DNA of 18,947 nt from a virus, in the IMG/VR virus record IMGVR_UViG_3300045988_012574, positions 1 through 18,947 of that record; one strand, written 5' to 3'. Under the pieces are notes generated by a model. It was given only the letters and a program-made list of their open reading frames with translations. It was not told the origin of the DNA and ran no database searches. Both the position numbers and the translations under genes were made by a program. Position 1 is the stretch's first letter. Every line of letters starts with the position of its first letter. This document shows, in pieces, positions 1 to 5,799 of this stretch.

Positions 1-110
1 TGGGAGGGGTATGGGTTTGTATGAAGATTTTCCCTTGAGGTTTTTTTTATTTGTGTGTTGTTTTTTTTTGTTCTGTGTGTGTTTTGTCTCTTTGTTTTGT
101 TCATGCCTCT

Positions 111-139
111 ATTATATTTTTTTTACGCCTGTCTGTCAA
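111..139 (-). promoter_or_regulatory. Perfect consensus sigma70-type promoter (TTGACA-N17-TATAAT) firing outward toward the left terminus
   Basis: On the minus strand, TTGACA is at 139..134, followed by a 17-nt spacer and TATAAT at 116..111. The predicted +1 is near 104. Transcription would run off the DNA end at position 1. Confidence 0.6.
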
Positions 140-171
140 GTTTTTTTATTTTGGGCGTGTCGTTTTTTTTA

Positions 172-186
172 TTGACACTGTGTCAA
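172..186. promoter_or_regulatory. 15-bp perfect palindrome TTGACAC-T-GTGTCAA, a candidate operator (mirrored at 18762..18776)
   Basis: The 7-bp arms are exact reverse complements around a single central base. The site lies in the ITR between the outward promoter and the inward early promoter. The embedded TTGACA has no good -10 at 15-18 nt spacing. Confidence 0.4.
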
Positions 187-216
187 TGGTTGTATATGCA
201 ACAGTCTGTGTGTGTC

Positions 217-244
217 TAAGTTACGGTAACGTAACCGTAGCTTA
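217..244. repeat. Imperfect 28-bp palindrome TAAGtTACGGT-aacgta-ACCGTAgCTTA in the ITR (mirrored at 18704..18731)
   Basis: The 11-nt arms are complementary except for one t/g position, and the central spacer is 6 nt. Read directly from the sequence. Confidence 0.5.
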
Positions 245-306
245 TTTGTCTGCCTGGTTGGTGGTTGTCTTTTATTTTTTTTGTTTTGGGGTGTGTCGTT
301 TGTTTG

Positions 307-315
307 TGGTATGAT
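307..315 (+). promoter_or_regulatory. Extended -10 promoter TGgTATGAT at the inner edge of ITR-L, reading inward into the left-end gene
   Basis: tggtatgat at 307..315 lies 35 nt upstream of the ATG at 350. There is no good -35, as is typical for extended -10 promoters. Confidence 0.5.
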
Positions 316-349
316 ATAACTATCAACTTCAAGGGAAAGGAAAAATAAA

Positions 350-595
350 ATGATGATTTCAAATATGACTCTCAATGAAAAGAATGAACTGCTGACCACT
401 TTGTGGAATGACCCGTCTGTGACGATTCTTGGTGTCAAGGATGGTGTTACGAGTTCGATTGATCGCGATCAGGCCGTTGATGATTATGAGGTAGCTTTGT
501 ATGATTCGTATCGATTCCTTTTGCCTTATGAAACGGATGACGATTTGCTTCTGTTTTCTGCTGAAGACTTGGAAGCGTTTGCTCGGACGTGGTAA
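350..595 (+). CDS. Small acidic early protein (81 aa), function unknown; the only plus-strand gene
   Basis: The ORF follows the purine-rich RBS aagggaaagga (331-341) and the ITR-edge promoter. A bidirectional terminator follows it. I count 17 D/E against 5 K/R. Confidence 0.7.
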   Translation: MMISNMTLNEKNELLTTLWNDPSVTILGVKDGVTSSIDRDQAVDDYEVALYDSYRFLLPYETDDDLLLFSAEDLEAFARTW

Positions 596-596
596 T

Positions 597-636
597 AGTA
601 AAGCCCCTAGGTTATTAACCTAGGGGCTTTTCTTAT
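597..636. terminator. Bidirectional intrinsic terminator between convergent genes
   Basis: A perfect palindrome aaagcccctaggtta-t-taacctaggggcttt spans 600..630. It is followed by ttttctt on the plus strand and cuuuacuauu on the minus strand. It sits between the stop at 595 (+) and the stop at 646 (-). Confidence 0.8.
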
Positions 637-645
637 GCTGTCAAT

Positions 646-1323
646 TTAGGCGAATACGAGATACCATGCGGACTTGTCGGCTGGGGCGAGTGCGATGTAT
701 CGGGTTTTGCCTGAATAGCTTACGTAGTGTGCCCAAATGTATCCGTCTGCGATCACACCGCCTTCGGATAGGTTGACTGTCTGCCCGTAGTGGTATTGGG
801 CGACTACTTGTGCTGATGTGGACGGTGCGGAGCGTACGTTGAGCGCGTCTACGTTGACTTTGTAGGTTCGTGGCGTGATGGTTACGGTATTGTTTGACGG
901 TGCTGGCGTTGGGGTGCTTGTTGAACGTGGGTGGAAGTATCCGATAATGCCGTTCTTAGTGAGGGTCATGTATCCGGCTTTGTTTGGGTTCTGCGACATG
1001 GTTTCCAGTGTTCCGTTGCCGTTGTCTCGTATTACGATGGCTACGTGGTTCATGCCATTGCCGTTCCAGAATGCCACGTCGCCGTAAGCCGGCGTGTAGT
1101 TGCCTGCTTCGCGGATGAACGTGTTTTGCAATGCTTTGGATCGGTCATATCGTGTAGTGTAGACGCTTGCGGCGTATCCGTCTACGGTGTTGGTGTCGGC
1201 GGCTGGAATGCCGTATACGTTGCGGGCGTAGTTGCTCCATAAGTCCCAGCATTGTCCGCCGTATGCGCCGTCCATGTCGATGATTTTGCCGTTTACGCTG
1301 TTCATCCATTCCTGGATATTCAT
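646..1323 (-). CDS. Endolysin: N-terminal CHAP amidase/peptidase plus C-terminal SH3b-like cell-wall-binding domain
   Basis: The CHAP Cys motif is GGQCWDLW and the His motif is NHVAIV. A T/P/S linker follows, and the C-terminus reads YKVNVDALNVRSAPS...GYIWAHY, which is SH3-like. The gene sits immediately after the holin, with the RBS ggaaggaaaa. Confidence 0.9.
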   Translation of the reverse strand: MNIQEWMNSVNGKIIDMDGAYGGQCWDLWSNYARNVYGIPAADTNTVDGYAASVYTTRYDRSKALQNTFIREAGNYTPAYGDVAFWNGNGMNHVAIVIRDNGNGTLETMSQNPNKAGYMTLTKNGIIGYFHPRSTSTPTPAPSNNTVTITPRTYKVNVDALNVRSAPSTSAQVVAQYHYGQTVNLSEGGVIADGYIWAHYVSYSGKTRYIALAPADKSAWYLVFA

Positions 1324-1324
1324 G

Positions 1325-1696
1325 TTAGTTTTCCTTCCTGTGTTTTGGGGTATTGGTGTTTGCGAACACGCTCATGAATGGGGCGTCCGCCAGTTCGGGG
1401 TTGATGGCGGTGATGTTTTCCAGGATGGAAGTGAGTTCAATGAGGCTGATGCCGCCGACTGTGCATACGAATACGCTGACTGGAAGTCCAAGATCTACAT
1501 GCAGGTTAATCATGTCTATGAAATAGGCTACCAGGGTGAGTATGAGGTAGGCGAACTTATGCCATAAGCCTTGTCGCATTTTCTGGGAGCTGAGCGTGTC
1601 GTTTAAGATGGCTTTTGCGATACCGGTGACGTAGTCCACGATGATGAAGAATACTACTGCGAACACGCACCATACATCGGTTGCCGTCATTGTCAT
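1325..1696 (-). CDS. Holin (phage_holin_4 / LL-H-like family)
   Basis: The protein is 123 aa with predicted TM segments. Family-like motifs are DYVTGIAKA...SSQKMRQGLWHK and LIELTSILEN. It lies directly upstream of the endolysin. Confidence 0.8.
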   Translation of the reverse strand: MTMTATDVWCVFAVVFFIIVDYVTGIAKAILNDTLSSQKMRQGLWHKFAYLILTLVAYFIDMINLHVDLGLPVSVFVCTVGGISLIELTSILENITAINPELADAPFMSVFANTNTPKHRKEN

Positions 1697-1708
1697 ATTG
1701 TTTCCTTT

Positions 1709-2776
1709 CTATTTTCCTAGCAATTCTCCAATGATCAGTCCAAAGTCGGCTTTTACTTGTGAGTCGTCGAACCGTATTTTGCCAAGTCGATAGCCGGTGG
1801 TGAGCCGCCTTATTATATCATCTGATTTTTTGACGTACCATGTTTTTTCGTCTACATGATTCGGGTCTAACGTGTAGACGGGACGTGTGTTGTCTTTGGG
1901 TATGCGTCGTGAAACATATTGTGAAACATGTCCGTCGCGTTCTGACACGCTTACCCATATTCCGAACCGTGCGTAGTCGGTAGTGTCCAGCACGTATGAC
2001 AGTTCGCCATCGCTGGGAATTGGCGCTAGTAACGTGTCCGATTCGTCGCGGAATTTGTTTCTGATCGCATAGTCGGCGTAATCGCTGTCGTACTGCTCAA
2101 GAAATTTGCCGAATTTCGACTGTGCGACTTTCGCACTGAATCCGCCATAGTCGGCCAGTTCGAGACATATGAACCCCCCGCAATATAATTTGTATTGTTG
2201 TTGGTTGGATTGCTGGGAGCCAATGTCGAGTCGGTATTTCGCGAAATACGGATTGGCTTTTTGTACTGCGTTCGAGAGGAATAGTACTTTTGTTCTATCC
2301 TGCCAACGGTCAACTGTATTGTAGAACTCGCTGAACGAGTTCACTTCATTACTTAAAAAGCGCAGATTGTCGGGGAATATTTCATCGAAGATAATCAAGT
2401 GCACTTTAGGATAGGCCACTGACTTCAAGCCGCCCGCTTGCGAGAGGGCGACGAAATAACAGCATGTGCGCCAGTCCTTTTCATCCCATGACGCTTTATG
2501 TATCTGTCCCTTTTCGCCGTTGACTCGAAACTCGTACGAGGGGAAGAACTCTTGAATGTCCTTGAAAAACGTTTCCTTGCGATGCTGTTCCACGTCCGTG
2601 CGGCGTAGGTAAATGAACTCGTGACCGTGTTTCAGATATTCCTTGATGCCGTATCGTTTGGCGGCGAACGTTTTGCCGAGTCCGCGTGCGCCGATTATGA
2701 AATTCCATGGAGCGTTTCGCGTCAACAGATTATGCAGATCGTAATAATCGCCCTCGTCAAGCGTCTGCAATGTCAT
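1709..2776 (-). CDS. DNA packaging (encapsidation) ATPase, phi29 gp16-type
   Basis: Walker A is NFIIGARGLGKTFA, followed by FIYLRRT, and Walker B is HLIIFDEIF. These parallel phi29 gp16 NFVIGARGIGKSYA / FIYVRRY / TIVFDEF as I remember them. The RBS is aggaggg. Confidence 0.9.
   Translation of the reverse strand: MTLQTLDEGDYYDLHNLLTRNAPWNFIIGARGLGKTFAAKRYGIKEYLKHGHEFIYLRRTDVEQHRKETFFKDIQEFFPSYEFRVNGEKGQIHKASWDEKDWRTCCYFVALSQAGGLKSVAYPKVHLIIFDEIFPDNLRFLSNEVNSFSEFYNTVDRWQDRTKVLFLSNAVQKANPYFAKYRLDIGSQQSNQQQYKLYCGGFICLELADYGGFSAKVAQSKFGKFLEQYDSDYADYAIRNKFRDESDTLLAPIPSDGELSYVLDTTDYARFGIWVSVSERDGHVSQYVSRRIPKDNTRPVYTLDPNHVDEKTWYVKKSDDIIRRLTTGYRLGKIRFDDSQVKADFGLIIGELLGK
1812..1820 (-). promoter_or_regulatory. 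Extended -10 box TGaTATAAT embedded in the 3' end of the ATPase gene, a candidate lysis-cassette promoter
   Basis: The minus strand reads tgatataat at 1820..1812, about 115 nt upstream of the holin ATG at 1696. It matches the consensus exactly but lies inside coding sequence. Confidence 0.35.
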
Positions 2777-2788
2777 GATTGCAACCCT

Positions 2789-2834
2789 CCTAAAACTAGT
2801 GGAGGGCGTGCGCCATGACTCGCACGCCCTCCAC
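2789..2834 (-). terminator. 14-bp GC-rich hairpin plus short U-run (partial terminator or attenuator) in the ATPase leader
   Basis: The stem is gtggagggcgtgcg / cgcacgccctccac (2799..2812 / 2821..2834) with an 8-nt loop. On the minus strand it is followed by uaguuuuagg and then the ATPase RBS. Confidence 0.5.
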
Positions 2835-2894
2835 CACCTATCATTGGCAGCCGTTCAAGGGGGAAAGGTCATCACATAACCACTGCCACTATTA

Positions 2895-2903
2895 AGTATA
2901 CCA
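2895..2903 (-). promoter_or_regulatory. Extended -10 box TGgTATACT just after the tail-lysin stop codon
   Basis: The minus strand reads tggtatact at 2903..2895, starting 5 nt downstream of the TAA at 2910..2908. Confidence 0.4.
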
Positions 2904-2907
2904 CACT

Positions 2908-4119
2908 TTAGAACGCTGGCGGATTAGACTTGCCGTCCCACACACTCAGTAACGAATATGCCTGATTGTATCGAGTCGTGTACGGGCCGAACGGGGACGT
3001 GCTAAGAATGTTGCTTTTGAGCTGTGCGAGGTTCGACGCCTTCGGCACCTTCAACGCGTTCGCGGGGGACTGGTGGTATGCCGTCACCCAAAGAATCTGC
3101 ATTTTAACATCATCGTACTGCTTGGGATAGCCCGCGTAGTCTTCCGCGAACTGCTTGCGCTGCCCCTCTTTCGACTCGGTTCGTGCCGCCCACGTTCTGA
3201 ACGCGGCAGCCTCCACTGAGGTGAGCGAACGTTTGAACGTGCCACCGCTTTCCATTAATGCGGCAACTTCCGGCGCGGCGGTTTTGAATGCCTCATATCC
3301 TGTTGGGTCGGCGGTTTTCATCGCGTTGAGCACTTGCAGGCGTCGCTCGAAACTCCATTGCGCAATGCCGATACCCTGCAAATTGGCCGCTTCGACTGCA
3401 TCCCAGCGCAAACCGGACTCAACCGTGCCAATCACATAGAGCGCATACGAGTTTTCCGCACTGACCGAGCTGGACGGGTGCCCCTGTCCTTGCGAGTCTG
3501 ACGGCTGGGGTTGCGACGCTTTTTCCGAAAAATTATTGGCCGTAGTACGGTAAAAAATCCGTGTCCGCGCCCCAGCATTGTCGGTCTCATGCAAGTAGAG
3601 GTTATCGCCCTGCCGATGTATCCACGCGCCACCGCGTGACGTGTCGGGGTTGCCCTGGTTGTTGTTGCCGGTCGGATTGTCCACGTCCGGTTTCGGCATG
3701 GTACGGGGATGCAGGTAGCCTAAGAGTCCGGTGGTGGGGAACCATTTCAACGCGCTGGCGTCGGGGTTTTGGGTGATAACGTAAATGTTCCCATCTTTCA
3801 CGCCATCGCCGGCGACTATGGCAACATGCGTGTATGGCGTGTAGGAATCGTACCCCCATATCGCCACGTCTCCCGCTACGGGCGAGTACCCATTGGCTGG
3901 AATGCGTTCGTACACTTGTTCGCACCGTGCTGACACGGGGTATGCAGTATATAAGCCGCCCGCGTAGCCGGTGGGGGTGATGCAATCCTGTATGCTCATG
4001 CCGTACATATCCATGGAATATTTCGCCCATAAGTCCCAGCATTGCGCCCCGTAGGCCCCGTCCATGTCCCAATACCGATCCTGTGTCTGTTTTACCCAAT
4101 CATCAAAAGTGATAGCCAT
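2908..4119 (-). CDS. Tail-associated peptidoglycan hydrolase: N-terminal CHAP plus C-terminal lysozyme/lytic-transglycosylase-like domain (functional analogue of phi29 gp13)
   Basis: CHAP motifs are GAQCWDLW and THVAIV. A G/N/Q/S-rich linker follows. The C-terminal part contains GTVESG...GIGIAQWS, resembling the ES...GxxQ pattern of lytic transglycosylases. The gene lies in the tail module. Confidence 0.65.
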   Translation of the reverse strand: MAITFDDWVKQTQDRYWDMDGAYGAQCWDLWAKYSMDMYGMSIQDCITPTGYAGGLYTAYPVSARCEQVYERIPANGYSPVAGDVAIWGYDSYTPYTHVAIVAGDGVKDGNIYVITQNPDASALKWFPTTGLLGYLHPRTMPKPDVDNPTGNNNQGNPDTSRGGAWIHRQGDNLYLHETDNAGARTRIFYRTTANNFSEKASQPQPSDSQGQGHPSSSVSAENSYALYVIGTVESGLRWDAVEAANLQGIGIAQWSFERRLQVLNAMKTADPTGYEAFKTAAPEVAALMESGGTFKRSLTSVEAAAFRTWAARTESKEGQRKQFAEDYAGYPKQYDDVKMQILWVTAYHQSPANALKVPKASNLAQLKSNILSTSPFGPYTTRYNQAYSLLSVWDGKSNPPAF

Positions 4120-4143
4120 ACACCAAGTATAGTGTATGGCTAT
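4112..4143 (-). promoter_or_regulatory. 12-bp perfect hairpin that encloses the tail-lysin start codon
   Basis: atagccatacac (4112..4123) is complementary to gtgtatggctat (4132..4143), with an 8-nt loop. In the minus-strand RNA, the ATG at 4119..4117 lies in the 3' arm. There is no obvious SD upstream. Confidence 0.45.
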
Positions 4144-4159
4144 TGATTATCGGCGGAAG

Positions 4160-5620
4160 CTAGGCGGCGTAGGACGCCATGAAGCTCGCATTACCTTGAT
4201 TCGATGCACTCGGATCGAATATGCCCCACTCGCCGTCAGGCTGGATGAAGGACAATGTAGGCTGCGTCTTATTGCCACCGGTGACCATCCATGACCAAAT
4301 GTTATGACGTGGATACGCCCACCCCGCCAACTGACCGCCCTTGCCTTGACCGATTGCCGGTATCTGGCCTTGCCCGTCCGCTGTAATGACGCCGTTTTGG
4401 AGCTTGAACTCGACCCGCATACTACCTAACATGGAGACGGCGTATGCCTGCCGACCTCGATAACTATCACGACATGCCGTGTAGAGGTATTTCGCAATGA
4501 CTTTCGCGCCAGTGTCGTTCGGGTGAATGTCGTTGGATAGGAACCAACCGGTTTCACTCTTGCACCACACGTATGCACTGTCTGCTATCACCACACGATG
4601 ATTGCCTAACGATGCGGCTAATGCGCCATCGAATAGGGCGTTATACTTATCCATACCCCCTTCGTCGAGCGTTGCGTGATCGAACAGCATAGGGGCGATT
4701 ACGATAATGGCGTTCGGGAATGCCGATTCCATAGCCAACACCACTTCACGGGCTTTTGACAGTCCAGCATCATAGTCCAGAATGTCGTTACGGCCACCGG
4801 CACATACGGCAACCTTGACTTTAGCGTTGTCCACACTAGTATCAGCCACGCAATTGGCAACCTGCTGGGCGAACGTTGGAATGCCGGACACGTTAAACCC
4901 TGCACCGCTCTTCGCATAGTTTTTCCACTGCAATTCCGGAAACATGGTGGACAATTGATATGACCATGTATGTTCTTTCTGCGTATTATCCGCATACGAA
5001 TCGCCAAACGTCACGAGATATCCATCCTCATACTGCGCTTGCCCCAGTTTTTCCAGAATCTGCGCAATCTGCGAGGAATTGTTTCCCACGGAGGTGGATA
5101 GTGCGGCAATGTCCGTAGTGTTTTTATCCCACTTGGTCTTGCTCGCGGTTGCGTGCGCGGTGGTGTCGGCTCCTAATGCGGTGAGGATGGTTTTGTTCGT
5201 GTCAGCCTTTTCCATTGCGGTGGTGGCGTCCACTCCTGCTTTATCCCACTTGGCTTTTTCGGTGGTGGCATGTGCGGTGGTGTCCGCGCCGAGCGCGGCG
5301 AGAATGGCGCTGTTGTTGTCGGCCTTGGTTGAGGCGGCGGAAGCTGTGGCAGTGGCGGCGGCGGCGTCGGTACCGGCTTTATTCCACTTAGCCTTATTTG
5401 CGGTGGCGCTGTCCACCGTGTTGTCCCCAATCAGCGCCTTGACCACTTCCTCATCATGTGTTTCACGGGACTCGACGCTTTCGATGCGGTTGAGGTGCTT
5501 TTCGAGCGTATCATCGATGGTGCGCATGGAGCCGTTATACCCGTCGCGCAGGTCGGCGGGGTCGGAATCTCCGTAAAGGTTCAGCCCGTAATTGTCGGTT
5601 TTGTCGTAGATGGTGCTCAT
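4160..5620 (-). CDS. Tail fibre/appendage with an SGNH (GDSL) esterase domain
   Basis: The N-terminal anchor motif is YGLNLYGDSDPADLRDGYNGSMRTID. Internal repeats follow the pattern K-x-KWDK...IL-x-ALGADTTAHAT. SGNH blocks follow: FGDSYADN (block I), CAGGRND (block III) and NDIHPND (block V-like). The start is ATGA-coupled to the upstream ORF. Confidence 0.7.
   Translation of the reverse strand: MSTIYDKTDNYGLNLYGDSDPADLRDGYNGSMRTIDDTLEKHLNRIESVESRETHDEEVVKALIGDNTVDSATANKAKWNKAGTDAAAATATASAASTKADNNSAILAALGADTTAHATTEKAKWDKAGVDATTAMEKADTNKTILTALGADTTAHATASKTKWDKNTTDIAALSTSVGNNSSQIAQILEKLGQAQYEDGYLVTFGDSYADNTQKEHTWSYQLSTMFPELQWKNYAKSGAGFNVSGIPTFAQQVANCVADTSVDNAKVKVAVCAGGRNDILDYDAGLSKAREVVLAMESAFPNAIIVIAPMLFDHATLDEGGMDKYNALFDGALAASLGNHRVVIADSAYVWCKSETGWFLSNDIHPNDTGAKVIAKYLYTACRDSYRGRQAYAVSMLGSMRVEFKLQNGVITADGQGQIPAIGQGKGGQLAGWAYPRHNIWSWMVTGGNKTQPTLSFIQPDGEWGIFDPSASNQGNASFMASYAA
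5087..5395 (-). repeat. In-frame tandem repeats inside the tail-fibre gene (about 46 aa, 39 aa and a partial unit)
   Basis: The three units begin at residue 76 (KAKWNKAGTD...ILAALGADTTAHATTE), residue 122 (KAKWDKAGVD...ILTALGADTTAHATAS) and residue 161 (KTKWDKNTTD...). The repetition is also visible at DNA level, for example around 5160-5198 against 5275-5313. Confidence 0.8.
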
Positions 5621-5799
5621 TGGTTTGTTCCTTTGGTTTCGCGAATGAGGGTTTCCAGTTGGTGCATGAGTCGGTCGATCATCACCATTGCCCGATTATA
5701 TCCGTCGCGCAGATCGGACGGGGTATCGTCGGTGTAGAGAGGCAGCCCGTAGGTTGTAGTGCGCCCGTACATGTCGCGGTTTTCGTCATTTTCATTCAT
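5617..5799 (-). CDS. 60-aa protein paralogous to the N-terminal anchor of the tail fibre
   Basis: YGLPLYTDDTPSDLRDGYNRAMVMID is followed by a short helical tail. The stop overlaps the fibre start (ATGA at 5620..5617). The start overlaps the upstream gene by 8 nt. Confidence 0.6.
   Translation of the reverse strand: MNENDENRDMYGRTTTYGLPLYTDDTPSDLRDGYNRAMVMIDRLMHQLETLIRETKGTNQ

Larger units (their letters stand above)
1..316. repeat. Left inverted terminal repeat (ITR-L), 316 bp
   Basis: Read by eye, 1-316 is the exact reverse complement of 18632-18947. The match breaks at 317 (t, against a in the mirrored copy). The ORF track gives identical 87-aa translations for 51..314(+) and 18634..18897(-). 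The plus strand is T/G-rich and contains long T-runs. Confidence 0.95.

Noticed and set aside
172-200. Inward-facing TTGACA at 172..177 as the -35 of an early promoter
   Set aside because: The best -10 candidates are TATATG at 15-nt spacing and TATGCA at 17-nt spacing, and both lack the conserved final T. The TTGACA is half of a perfect palindrome, so I score it as an operator candidate instead.
51-314. 87-aa ORF inside ITR-L, with an identical copy at 18634..18897 on the minus strand
   Set aside because: It starts at a TTG and has no RBS. It is a Phe/Val/Cys-rich translation of T/G-skewed low-complexity DNA. It also spans the promoter and palindrome elements. I treat it as a compositional artefact of the ITR.
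1-316. The repetitive T-runs and GT-rich motifs of the ITR as a CRISPR-like or tandem-repeat array
   Set aside because: There is no regular repeat-spacer periodicity and no repeated unit longer than about 9-16 nt. The pattern is homopolymer tracts plus strand skew, not an array.
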